Below are positions 1 through 9,403 of a DNA stretch of 64,000 nt, piece after piece; positions within the stretch are counted from its first letter, which is position 1, and each line of letters begins with the position of its first letter. The notes beneath the pieces are model-generated. The model was not told the origin of the DNA, made no database searches, and saw nothing but the letters and a program-made list of their open reading frames with translations. The DNA is taken from positions 960,153-1,024,152 of the forward strand of contig OZ240230.1 in the NCBI GenBank assembly GCA_965197855.1, in the 5' to 3' direction. The stretch comes from Bdellovibrionales bacterium. GTDB lineage: Bacteria; Bdellovibrionota; Bdellovibrionia; Bdellovibrionales; UBA1609. Both the position numbers and the translations under genes were made by a program.

Positions 1-1
1 A

Positions 2-379
2 GTGGAGGCGGGTAAAAGACCTTTGAGTTCGACCAGTCCTACTGTAGTTAAGGATGGCAGAAAAACCATCATGGCTTTAGGTGGAAGCGGAGGTCCTCGT
101 ATTATCAGTGGAGTCTTACAGGTTCTTTATCGTTCTTTGGTGAATGGTTTGGATATAGATCAAGCGATTCAATTTCCACGTATTCATCATCAGTTTTTGC
201 CGAGAAAAACTTATGTGGAAAAAAATCGTTTTAGTCCGGATTTGTTGCTCATGTTATCGAAGAAAAAACATCAGATTGAAGAGGCTCAATATATGGGAAA
301 AATTTATGGTATTCGAAGAAATGAAGTTTTAAGTTCAGCTTTTGATCACCGTGGAGACGGTGTGGCCTGGGGTTTTTAA
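2..379 (+). CDS. ggt: gamma-glutamyltransferase, C-terminal part (5' end outside window)
   Basis: Frame open to window edge; TSPTVV...LGGSGGPRIISGVLQ resembles the GGT small-subunit Thr nucleophile and GG region. Confidence 0.7.
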   Translation: MEAGKRPLSSTSPTVVKDGRKTIMALGGSGGPRIISGVLQVLYRSLVNGLDIDQAIQFPRIHHQFLPRKTYVEKNRFSPDLLLMLSKKKHQIEEAQYMGKIYGIRRNEVLSSAFDHRGDGVAWGF

Positions 380-391
380 AAGACTAATCAA

Positions 392-2257
392 CTATTTTCT
401 GCTAGCTAACTGTTGAGCCTCATGCAGTCTCTTTAGTTCATCTTGCATAAATATATTTTGTGCCTGCGATAAAGAATGTTCATGATCTTTAGTAAATTGG
501 ACTTGTCTTTTGTTATTTCTGGTTCTTTTAGATTGAACTTTCCATGTTCCCTGATGAGCTATGGAAGCTTGATTAAATCTACTGATTTGAAAAGCAAGAC
601 ATGTATTTTGATAAAAATGTTTGTCAAAATTTTCTTTCGTATCCAATCCTACATCCAATCGAAAAGCATTAGCTAAATGTTCATTAGAGTTTTCTACTAT
701 AGAGCCAATGACTGTTCTCTGAGCGGAATCAACATTTGTCACATCGAGGACTTTATAAATTGGAAACATATTTCCTTCAAAAACCATTCCTACATTTTTC
801 ATCAATCTTAATCTTCGTGGTTCTCCTAACCAATTGTCTTTAAAGTTACATTGACTTTCGATATTAACGGATAGAGGAATTAAAGCGGTGGCTCCTGTTT
901 CTAAGGTTAGTAAAACATGACTGTCTTGATAAACCATTTGGAGACCCTCATCATTTATTTCCATAACTTGTTCTTTTGCTTTTATAAGGCTTGGAGTTAA
1001 GACGAATTGAGCCGCATTTTCCATTGTAATAAAGACTCCTTGATTATACATTGGGAATATACGATCTCCTATAAGCACTTCATGTAGAAAATTATCATAA
1101 AAAAAGTGGGCGTCTGTGTGAAAACCTGTTTGAGGTATGTATAAGTGAACTGTATCAATGTTTTGATTTTCAATTTTTAAAACAGCCAAGTTATGGTATG
1201 CTCCTAAGTTATTATCTTTCTTAAGATCAGATTTCATTTGATCGATTCCATTAAAATCATAACCTTCCACACTTAAAGGATATTTATTTTTTAAAGAATC
1301 TATTTCTTTAGTATCTGTGATTAATTGAACTGTCATGTTTTGTGTGGGAAATACGATAGGGAAGAGTTGAGAAACCCCTACAATATAATCATTATTAAAA
1401 CTTACAAAACGACAAGGTTGATTCGCTCTATCTTCTGCGGAAATGGAAGTCCATCCTTGCAGTTTCCATAGATCATAATGGATTAAATCATCTACATTGA
1501 AAGATAGATCAAATGTTTCACATATTAATTTTAGTTGATCCACGGTGGTATCTCTTCCTGCAATCACAGCATAGTCTTCTATTTGATCAAACTTTAATAC
1601 AGGAAAATGTGCCACTCTTTCTATGTTGTCTGATGGAGGTGTTTGTTGGATAAGGCTTAGATTTAAACTGTTATCAAAAGATAAGATAGGCAAATGAGGT
1701 AATTCAAAGTAATGAGTATCTCCTGCTTTATTTTGAGCTTCAAAGTGAAAACTGCAAGTGGGATTATAAGTTTGTTCATTCAACCACCAGGAGTTGCCGT
1801 AAGAAAATAGTTGTTCAGGGATAAGCTCAATGAGCATGATTTCATTTTTATAATCCATTGTGGTATTTTTGGTGAATTTTTTATGTGTTTCTGATTCTAT
1901 ACATTGTGTATGGATATGAAGTGAAATATCTTTACTTTCTTTTTTGTTTAATTCTTTAGAAAATACGATATGATCATTGATATAAAAACTGGAATTTTCT
2001 GAGTTCTTTTTCAAATCATTTAATTTAACGGATCGTTCTTGTGCATCTTGTAGTGTAGAGATCAATTGTGGATCAAAATTTCTTAAGATGTTGGGTTGTG
2101 AAACAACTCCTGGAGAATCAGTTTCCTCTCCGGAGTTTGTTGCATCTTGGTTCATACTGAATAGGCCATTGTGACAGCCTAGAGCACTTAATGATGATAG
2201 GTATAAGATAATTCTTAATAAACACTTCATTTTTAAAGTGTATTTATGACACCTCAA
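392..2257 (-). CDS. large hypothetical lipoprotein, no recognisable domain
   Basis: 621-aa ORF with signal peptide and lipobox LSALGC; alternative start at 2230. Confidence 0.55.
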   Translation of the reverse strand: MRCHKYTLKMKCLLRIILYLSSLSALGCHNGLFSMNQDATNSGEETDSPGVVSQPNILRNFDPQLISTLQDAQERSVKLNDLKKNSENSSFYINDHIVFSKELNKKESKDISLHIHTQCIESETHKKFTKNTTMDYKNEIMLIELIPEQLFSYGNSWWLNEQTYNPTCSFHFEAQNKAGDTHYFELPHLPILSFDNSLNLSLIQQTPPSDNIERVAHFPVLKFDQIEDYAVIAGRDTTVDQLKLICETFDLSFNVDDLIHYDLWKLQGWTSISAEDRANQPCRFVSFNNDYIVGVSQLFPIVFPTQNMTVQLITDTKEIDSLKNKYPLSVEGYDFNGIDQMKSDLKKDNNLGAYHNLAVLKIENQNIDTVHLYIPQTGFHTDAHFFYDNFLHEVLIGDRIFPMYNQGVFITMENAAQFVLTPSLIKAKEQVMEINDEGLQMVYQDSHVLLTLETGATALIPLSVNIESQCNFKDNWLGEPRRLRLMKNVGMVFEGNMFPIYKVLDVTNVDSAQRTVIGSIVENSNEHLANAFRLDVGLDTKENFDKHFYQNTCLAFQISRFNQASIAHQGTWKVQSKRTRNNKRQVQFTKDHEHSLSQAQNIFMQDELKRLHEAQQLASRK

Positions 2258-2885
2258 TAAGAGCTGTGTATTAAAATTTATATCTGTGTAATATTTTCAC
2301 TCTTTTTGTAAAATTTACCCGCTTAGGTAAGTATTAATTTATACTTGTTAAGTGAATGTAGTCACTCCGGATCCTAGAGTATAGAGAGTCGAATCTGATA
2401 GTATGTTAAATACTGAAAAAAGAGTTATTTTTAAGCTATTTTGTACTATTTTTAGGCCATTGAATTAAATCTTAATGAATAGAATATAATCTTGAAAATT
2501 CAATTATAATGGGACTTATATACTTGACTTTCCAGAGGTGGTTATGAATAAAATGAGCGTATGGAAAATCTTAGAAAAGCTCTTAGAGTTATTTTATCTT
2601 ACAAGCCAAAAAGTAAGAGAAAACCTAAGAAATCTGTTTCCAAATCAAAGAATAATCCCCCTTCAGAAAATAGAGTTTAAGTTTTTTCCTCTGAAAATCC
2701 GTAAAGGATTTTTTGGAAGTGGAATATGGGGAATGATGAAGGATTTAATCCTACTAAAGAAGATATTAGAAGGTGGGAAGAGAGCTGGTATTTATACATG
2801 ATAAATACCTTAATCTCCTCATGGATACCCATCATAAATTTGATGAATACAAATTAAAATAGTAAATTAAAATATGTAAGTAAAT

Positions 2886-3701
2886 CTAAACAGGAATATC
2901 TCTAAGGACAGAATTTAAAGAAGTTTTTAAATCTGTAGAGCTGGATCTTTTTCCAATAATAAGAGCGCAGGGGATTGAATATTCACCAGCAGAAAATTGT
3001 TTTTTTCTGGTTCCGGGAATGACCACAGCATTTTCAGGAACGATACCTGTAAAAATTTTTTCTTCTTTAGAAGTGACATCAATAATTTTAGAGCTTTTTG
3101 TGATGACAACACCAGCTCCTAGTACAGCACCTTTTCGGACTTGTACTCCTTCTACAATAATGCATCTGCTTCCAATAAAGACATTGTCTTCGATAATAAC
3201 AGGCTGAGCTTGCACAGGCTCTAAGACTCCGCCTAAACCAACACCGCCTGAAACATGAACATTTTTTCCCACTTGAGCGCAGGAGCCCACTGTGGCCCAA
3301 GTGTCAATGAGACTTCCTGAGTCCACATAAGCACCAATATTGATATAAGAAGGCATCAGCACTGTATTGGGGGCAACGAAAGAGCCTTGTCTCACCAGAG
3401 CTTGAGGAACGACTCTGACCCCTTCATTTCCGGTCCACTGTTTTAATGGGATTTTGTCAAAATAAGAAAAGTCATCTCCTAAAGAGATTACTTTGGATTT
3501 TTTTAATTGAAAGTACAGCAGAATAGATTTTTTCACCCATTCATTCACTTGCCATGTATCAGATATTTTTTCACAAACCCGAATTGCTCCTCGATCCAAA
3601 AGGCTTATGGTTGTTTCAATTTCAGAACTTGCTTTTTCAATTTGTTTGGAAACAAAAATTTCTTCAATGACTTGTTTTAAGTTTGAAAATTCATTTGGCA
3701 T
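2886..3701 (-). CDS. dapD: 2,3,4,5-tetrahydropyridine-2,6-dicarboxylate N-succinyltransferase
   Basis: 271 aa; hexapeptide-repeat beta-helix region (GAYVDSGSLIDTWATVGSCAQVGKNVHVSGGVGLGGVLEP) typical of DapD. Confidence 0.9.
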   Translation of the reverse strand: MPNEFSNLKQVIEEIFVSKQIEKASSEIETTISLLDRGAIRVCEKISDTWQVNEWVKKSILLYFQLKKSKVISLGDDFSYFDKIPLKQWTGNEGVRVVPQALVRQGSFVAPNTVLMPSYINIGAYVDSGSLIDTWATVGSCAQVGKNVHVSGGVGLGGVLEPVQAQPVIIEDNVFIGSRCIIVEGVQVRKGAVLGAGVVITKSSKIIDVTSKEEKIFTGIVPENAVVIPGTRKKQFSAGEYSIPCALIIGKRSSSTDLKTSLNSVLRDIPV

Positions 3702-3778
3702 TGTAGTTTCCTTGTAAAGAAAAGTTTCAATTTGTCATACAATAAAATGAGAAGTGTTTCAATCAATTAGAATATGTA

Positions 3779-4480
3779 TTGTTTCTTGACAAGAATAAGC
3801 TGGAAAAGTATGAAAGTTCAATAATGAAAACAATAACTTTAGGACATAGTGTTTCAGGGCTTCCAATCATGGCTTATGAATGGGGAGAGGGTCCTCATAT
3901 TCTTATTATGGCTGGAGTGCATGGAAATGAAATTGAGGGAGTTTTTGTAGGCTATAGGCTTTTAGGGGATTTAAGTAAAAACTATCCCTATAAGATAAAG
4001 TTAACTTTAATTCCGTTTTTTAATCCGGACGGTATTTTACAAAATCGAAGAACTAATGAAAACCTTGTGGATTTAAATAGAAATCTTCCTACAAAAGATT
4101 GGACAAAATCTTACTCTGAAGAAAAGTATTATCCAGGGGTTGAACCCAATAGTGAACCGGAAAATCAAATGTTTGTAAACTGGCTTAAAAAAAACAAACC
4201 TCAATTAATTATTTCTCTTCATTCATGGAAGCCCATGCTCAATGTTAATGGCAATTGTTCTCCGGAGGTGGAAATGTTGTCTCAGGAAACAGGTTATAAA
4301 ATTACTGAGGATATTGGTTATCCCACACCTGGAAGTTTAGGCACTTATGCGGGTCAGGAACGAGACATTCCAACAATTACTTATGAAATTGAAAGAGGAT
4401 CGAAATTTCAAGATATTTTAAAGTTTCATATTCCAGCACTTAAGAAGGCCTTGGAACAAAGTCAATACCGCAAAGCTTAA
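3779..4480 (+). CDS. M14-family zinc carboxypeptidase-like protein (MpaA / desuccinylase type)
   Basis: HGNE, NPDG and DLNRN motifs of M14 peptidases; alternative start at 3824. Confidence 0.7.
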   Translation: MFLDKNKLEKYESSIMKTITLGHSVSGLPIMAYEWGEGPHILIMAGVHGNEIEGVFVGYRLLGDLSKNYPYKIKLTLIPFFNPDGILQNRRTNENLVDLNRNLPTKDWTKSYSEEKYYPGVEPNSEPENQMFVNWLKKNKPQLIISLHSWKPMLNVNGNCSPEVEMLSQETGYKITEDIGYPTPGSLGTYAGQERDIPTITYEIERGSKFQDILKFHIPALKKALEQSQYRKA

Positions 4481-4582
4481 AAGAAGCTTTAAGACTGTAC
4501 CATAAGGTTTCTGATTGTTTACTAGTTTTCTATTTCAAAATAAATGATATAAATTTCAGAAAAATTTTGTTATATAGTTATT

Positions 4583-5092
4583 ATGAACTTTTTTGATATA
4601 TCAAATAAGTTGTTTGAGCATATTGGAACAGCTGGTATATCTTTACTCTTTTTATTAAGTCTTTATATTCTTTATAGAGCCTATAGAATGGAGCTTCCTT
4701 CACTTGATATTCATTTATCTGTTATAAATAAGGATTTCTATATAAGTATTCTCAAGCAATCATTTGATGAAGTTAATCAAACATTGGATCATGATTTGTA
4801 CCTTAAGGTTCACATAGTTAATTCAGGGAAAAGAATCATGTGTCCTACCCAGATTTGTGATGATAAAGGCAAGCAAATTGTTGAGATTATAAAAGAGACA
4901 GGTTTTGAATATATTCTAAAAGAAGATGAGAAGTATTCTGATTTTCATCCTTTAGGTGAGGATACAATAAAAATGATAAAGGAATCAAAACGTATTTATG
5001 TAAAGGATTTTGCTGACAGGCAGTTTCCTATTCCAAAAGAACAGTTAAAGAAAATATTATTAGCAATAAACAGCAGTAATAATAAAAAATAA
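4583..5092 (+). CDS. hypothetical membrane-anchored protein
   Basis: 169-aa ORF with one N-terminal hydrophobic helix; no recognisable domain. Confidence 0.45.
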   Translation: MNFFDISNKLFEHIGTAGISLLFLLSLYILYRAYRMELPSLDIHLSVINKDFYISILKQSFDEVNQTLDHDLYLKVHIVNSGKRIMCPTQICDDKGKQIVEIIKETGFEYILKEDEKYSDFHPLGEDTIKMIKESKRIYVKDFADRQFPIPKEQLKKILLAINSSNNKK

Positions 5093-5122
5093 AATAAAGA
5101 ACTTAAACTAGCACCACGAAGC

Positions 5123-5902
5123 TTAAAAAGATTTTAATATTTCAATTTGAGGGTCTTTAACAATTTGGCGGGCGACTTTTGTAAATTCAGGTTGTTCCTG
5201 ACTCAGATACATCTCTACATTTGAAGAAGCCTTTGTTTCTTTAGAATCTTTCTGATCAGGAATGATAAGATAATCCAAAGGATCTACAATCTTAATATGG
5301 GATGGTATCATTTTTTTTATTTCATCTTTAAGGAAAAAATAGTGAGTGCATCCCAAAAGCAAAATATCTATATCTTTTTGCAGTAAAGGTTCAAGATGCT
5401 TTTTCAAAGCTTCTTTACATTGAGGGTCTTTAGCTAATCCTTTCTCCACCAAGGGTGCAAGATCAGGAGCGGCTTCTTGGAAAATCTTTAATTGAGGTTT
5501 CAGAGCTTGAATTTTTATGGGATACACATTTGATTGTACAGTAAAAGAGGTTGCAAGAACCCCTACCTTGTCATTTTCTGAGCTGACTTCCATAAGTTTT
5601 TTTATTGTTGGTAAAATAACGTTAATTAAAGGAATATTTTTGTAATTGTTTTGATCCAAATACAAACAGCTTGCGGCATTGCAGGCGATCACCAAAGTAT
5701 CTGCGCCTAAAGAAAGAAGAAAATCTTTTACTTTGAGACAGCATTGATGAAGCTCTTCCTTGCTTTTTTCTCCGTAAGGCAAGTTTAAAGTATCTGCAAA
5801 ATATACAAACTCTTTATTTGGAAATTGATACGTCAGAGCTTGTAGTATCGAAAGCCCTCCCATACCGGAGTCAAATAAACCAATCTTCTTTATTTTATTC
5901 AT
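5123..5902 (-). CDS. murI: glutamate racemase
   Basis: FDSGMGGLS, IACNAAS and LLGCTHY motifs (two catalytic Cys). Confidence 0.9.
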   Translation of the reverse strand: MNKIKKIGLFDSGMGGLSILQALTYQFPNKEFVYFADTLNLPYGEKSKEELHQCCLKVKDFLLSLGADTLVIACNAASCLYLDQNNYKNIPLINVILPTIKKLMEVSSENDKVGVLATSFTVQSNVYPIKIQALKPQLKIFQEAAPDLAPLVEKGLAKDPQCKEALKKHLEPLLQKDIDILLLGCTHYFFLKDEIKKMIPSHIKIVDPLDYLIIPDQKDSKETKASSNVEMYLSQEQPEFTKVARQIVKDPQIEILKSF

Positions 5903-6792
5903 TTAATATGAGCTTGATCTTTTTGGGCATACATAAAATAGAGTATGGCTATGTAAATAATATTTACCAACATGCGAAGTAAGGAATCCACACCTAAATG
6001 TACAAATTGAAAAGGCTTAAGCATATCAACCAAAGAACTTATTTGTTGATATATTATATTTATGATGAGCATAGTCACAACTATTGGAACAACAATGCCA
6101 GAAGATGCGCGGGAGGATAATCCAAGAGAATTATTTGTAAACTTTTTATGGAAGAAGACAACATAAGGCATCAATAAATATTGTACAGCTTTAATGGCCA
6201 TAGGAAGTAATGCAGTTAAAAGAATTACAAGCATGATCATGGACTCTGTGGATTTTAAAAGAGAACCAGGGTCGCCGAAAAGCGCTACCATACCTAAAAG
6301 AGCATTGTCCAATAAGCTTAATACACCTGCGAGGCCTTGCATGATAATAAATGTGATACCAAATGCCAGAAGAGATACAATAAGGAGACCTCCAATTGCA
6401 TACCCCATAAGTACAAGAAACACTTTTATGGATTCAACAATAATTGGCCAAATGTTATTTTTAATAAAAGTTTTTAAAACCAAAGGAGCGGCCTTCACAA
6501 TATGAGTGTTATTGTAAAGGAAATAAGGAACTAAAAAGACAAGGAAAGTCCAAGCTAAAACAGAAAAAGCCAGTTGCATAGCATAGGTCATCAGATTTTG
6601 TATTCCTACAGGAGCGTAGATAAGTTTTTGTGCCATCCAATAAGAATAAGCTATTTCCAAAGTTAACAGGATGATAATAAAGATGCTGTTGAATACAATC
6701 AGGCGAGGCAACATAAAATACGTTTGAACTAAAGACTTCCAGGTAAGATTCCAGTCTGCTTTAGTGGTCCATAAACTTTTAAATCCTAACAT
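5899..6792 (-). CDS. polytopic membrane protein of unknown function
   Basis: 297 aa, multiple hydrophobic helices; its stop overlaps the murI start by 4 nt. Confidence 0.55.
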   Translation of the reverse strand: MLGFKSLWTTKADWNLTWKSLVQTYFMLPRLIVFNSIFIIILLTLEIAYSYWMAQKLIYAPVGIQNLMTYAMQLAFSVLAWTFLVFLVPYFLYNNTHIVKAAPLVLKTFIKNNIWPIIVESIKVFLVLMGYAIGGLLIVSLLAFGITFIIMQGLAGVLSLLDNALLGMVALFGDPGSLLKSTESMIMLVILLTALLPMAIKAVQYLLMPYVVFFHKKFTNNSLGLSSRASSGIVVPIVVTMLIINIIYQQISSLVDMLKPFQFVHLGVDSLLRMLVNIIYIAILYFMYAQKDQAHIK

Positions 6793-6919
6793 AAAATGCT
6801 CCGTGAAAATTTATAGTGAATTTTTAAACGTTTATCAGTTCTTATACAATTAAACAATGAAACTTCTTTAGATTCTATCGGAATCCTCATATATTTTCTG
6901 TATGGCTTTTTAAATTCCA

Positions 6920-6947
6920 TTGAATTTTACAGCAAACTGTCTATACT
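6920..6947 (+). promoter_or_regulatory. sigma70-like promoter for tRNA-Leu
   Basis: TTGAAT, 16-nt spacer, TATACT; the -10 ends 11 nt before the tRNA 5' end. Confidence 0.45.
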
Positions 6948-6958
6948 TTTGAATGCTT

Positions 6959-7047
6959 GCCCGAGTGGCGGAATCGGTAGACGCACAGGACTTAAAATCC
7001 TGGGGTTTTTAAAAACCGTGCCAGTTCAAGTCTGGCCTTGGGCACCA
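6959..7047 (+). tRNA. tRNA-Leu(TAA), class II with long variable arm, CCA encoded
   Basis: Acceptor GCCCGAG/CTTGGGC, anticodon loop CTTAAAA, variable-arm hairpin GGTTTTT/AAAAACC, T-loop GTTCAAGTC, terminal ACCA. Confidence 0.9.
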
Positions 7048-8231
7048 TCCTTCTTTAGAGTTTGTCTGTATAACATAGGGTTAATAATGAGACTGGCAAG
7101 ACTGGTACAAATTAAAATAGAAAATATTCTGGAATCCACATATCCTTTGGAAAAAGCTATTTCTGCAACAATTAAATCCAAAGTGCCTCTAGAGTTCAAA
7201 GCAATTCCTACTTGGCTGGATTCTCTATTAGTAAAGCCGGACCACTTGGCTCCCATCCCAGAGCCAAAAATTTTAGAAGTGTAAGCGACCCCCATAATAG
7301 AAAGTAAAAGAGCAGGCTGATCAAAAGCTTCCACTGAAAAATAGAGCCCAATGGAAGCAAAAAATATGGGAGTTAAGAATTGATCTGTAATAGAATTTAA
7401 AGTTTTTGTCATGGATTCAAAGGCGCCCATGCCAATAATGTCTTTGTTTAAGAGAAGTCCTCCAAAGAAAGCTCCGATAATGAAGTGAAACCCTAAAGCT
7501 TCTGTAGCTGTGCTAAAAAGTAAAACAAAAACTACCCCTGCACCGAAAATAGCTTCTTCTCCTACATAACTAATGAGTTTTGAAATAAAATTTTTCGATT
7601 GAGGAGTGCTAAGCAATTCAGATCTTAAAAATTTATTTACTAGCATCACAACTATAAAGAACAACACCATGCCTGCCATTTTTGAACTAATAATTTTAAA
7701 AAACACTAGAGGACTTTGTATATGTTCAACATTTAGGATAACCCCTAAAAATAGAAGAACCATTACATCTAAAATAACAGAAGCCCCCATAATGGTATGT
7801 CCCATTTTAGTATCTATAAAATTATAATTACTCATAAATCGAATCACTATAGGGAGGGCTGTAATGGAAAAACATAAGCCCAATATAATGGAAGCAAAAA
7901 ATGGCAAATCCCAAAAGTAGCCAATACCCAATCCGGATAAAAAAGAGAAAATGAAACCTGTTAGAGAACAAAACAATGCTTTTTTACGAATAGCTCCAAA
8001 AATATCTTGTAGATTCATTTCCAAGCCTGCCGCAAAAATCATTAAAAAAATTCCCAACTCTATAATGCCGTTAAGTTCTTTTGAAGGAGTGACTGCATTA
8101 AATACAGTAGGACTCAGAAGTAGACCGGCTAGTATTTCTCCAATGACTGTAGAAAATCCAATAGATTTAAACAAACGCCCTAAGAGCCGTGCACAAGCCA
8201 AAAGCAGGAGAAGATGGGTAATAATATTCAT
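7026..8231 (-). CDS. cation:proton antiporter (Na+/H+ exchanger / Kef-type membrane domain)
   Basis: 401 aa, about 12 hydrophobic helices; N-terminus ...ARLLGRLFKSIGFSTVIGEILAGLLLSP typical of the CPA2 family. Confidence 0.8.
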   Translation of the reverse strand: MNIITHLLLLLACARLLGRLFKSIGFSTVIGEILAGLLLSPTVFNAVTPSKELNGIIELGIFLMIFAAGLEMNLQDIFGAIRKKALFCSLTGFIFSFLSGLGIGYFWDLPFFASIILGLCFSITALPIVIRFMSNYNFIDTKMGHTIMGASVILDVMVLLFLGVILNVEHIQSPLVFFKIISSKMAGMVLFFIVVMLVNKFLRSELLSTPQSKNFISKLISYVGEEAIFGAGVVFVLLFSTATEALGFHFIIGAFFGGLLLNKDIIGMGAFESMTKTLNSITDQFLTPIFFASIGLYFSVEAFDQPALLLSIMGVAYTSKIFGSGMGAKWSGFTNRESSQVGIALNSRGTLDLIVAEIAFSKGYVDSRIFSILICTSLASLIINPMLYRQTLKKDGAQGQT

Positions 8232-8269
8232 ATATTATGAGCATCATAAAAAAAAATGCTCTTGTCTAT

Positions 8270-9403
8270 CTAAGAATATAAATATCGCCTTATAGAAACA
8301 GAAGAAACCAAACCAAGAGTAATAAAAGTGGTGATTGTATTGGATCCACCGTAAGAAAGTATGGGTAAAGGCACTCCTACAATTGGTAAAAGTCCTATGG
8401 CCATATTAATATTAATGATGGTATGCCAAAAGATAATAGATAAGGCTCCTAGGCATAAATAAGTTCCTACTTTATCTCTGGATTCAGAAGCAATTTGGAA
8501 AATTTTTAAAATCAGTATTAGAAAGACAGCTGCAGTAAATAAACTGCCGGCAAAACCATGCTCTTCACTGAGAACACTAAAAACGAAGTCTGTATGCCTT
8601 TCAGGCAGAAATTCCAGTTGAGCTTGTGTACCCTGTTGGAAGCCTTTTCCAAAGATCTGACCGCTTCCTATGGCAATTTTGGATTGAATTGTATTATATC
8701 CAGCTCCATGAGGATCTTTATCAGCTGACATGAACATTAAAACTCTGGTTTTTTGATAGTCTTTTAAAACAAAAGTCCATAATGTAGGAATAAAAATAAT
8801 AAATAGAGCGAAAAAGGCAATCCATAAATTTCGATTCATTCTTAAAAATAAAGCAACTGTGCCTCCTTGAATGCCAATAAGGAGAGCTGTGCCTAAATCA
8901 GGTTGATACACAATAAGCACCATTGGCAGAGCAGTGAGTAAAACAGCTCCAATAATTTGCCTAAATCCATAAACGTATTGAGTGGACTTTTTTGAAAATA
9001 TAGAAGCCAGCACACAAATAAGAGCTACTTTCATTGTTTCTGAAGGTTGATAAGAAAACCAACCAAAATCAAACCACCTTTGTGCTCCATGAGAACTTTG
9101 TCCTACAAACAAAACAGCCACCAAGGCCAGAATGTTTACACTGTAAAAGAAATAACTGAAACGGCAGAAAAATTGATAATCAATAGCCGAGAGAATAAAA
9201 AATATTAAAAATCCTAATGTGATCCATAAAACTTGTTTCCAGAAAACTGAAATAAGAGGAGAAGAGGCCGTATGAGTAATGCTGTAAAAATTTATAAGGG
9301 CAAGTAGAGTGATGAGGCCAATAATAGTTAAAAATTGAAAATTCAATTTTGAATACCAATGAGTGTCTGTATAATCGCTATTGACGTTTTTATAAGGAGC
9401 CAT
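8270..9403 (-). CDS. rodA: peptidoglycan glycosyltransferase RodA (SEDS family)
   Basis: FtsW/RodA/SpoVE-like polytopic protein directly after mrdA; start chosen at MAPYK (AAGGA Shine-Dalgarno), whereas the ORF track extends to 9487. Confidence 0.9.
   Translation of the reverse strand: MAPYKNVNSDYTDTHWYSKLNFQFLTIIGLITLLALINFYSITHTASSPLISVFWKQVLWITLGFLIFFILSAIDYQFFCRFSYFFYSVNILALVAVLFVGQSSHGAQRWFDFGWFSYQPSETMKVALICVLASIFSKKSTQYVYGFRQIIGAVLLTALPMVLIVYQPDLGTALLIGIQGGTVALFLRMNRNLWIAFFALFIIFIPTLWTFVLKDYQKTRVLMFMSADKDPHGAGYNTIQSKIAIGSGQIFGKGFQQGTQAQLEFLPERHTDFVFSVLSEEHGFAGSLFTAAVFLILILKIFQIASESRDKVGTYLCLGALSIIFWHTIININMAIGLLPIVGVPLPILSYGGSNTITTFITLGLVSSVSIRRYLYS

Noticed and set aside
2538-2801. 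87-aa ORF in the 630-bp gap between the large lipoprotein gene and dapD
   Set aside because: It has a GTG-type start context without a Shine-Dalgarno sequence and odd composition, and competing short frames overlap it. I cannot support it as a gene. The gap is otherwise featureless to my eye.
6949-7284. 111-aa ORF over tRNA-Leu, and the 69-aa ORF at 57909-58118 over tRNA-Pro
   Set aside because: Both translate tRNA sequence and the antisense of neighbouring genes, so they are spurious.
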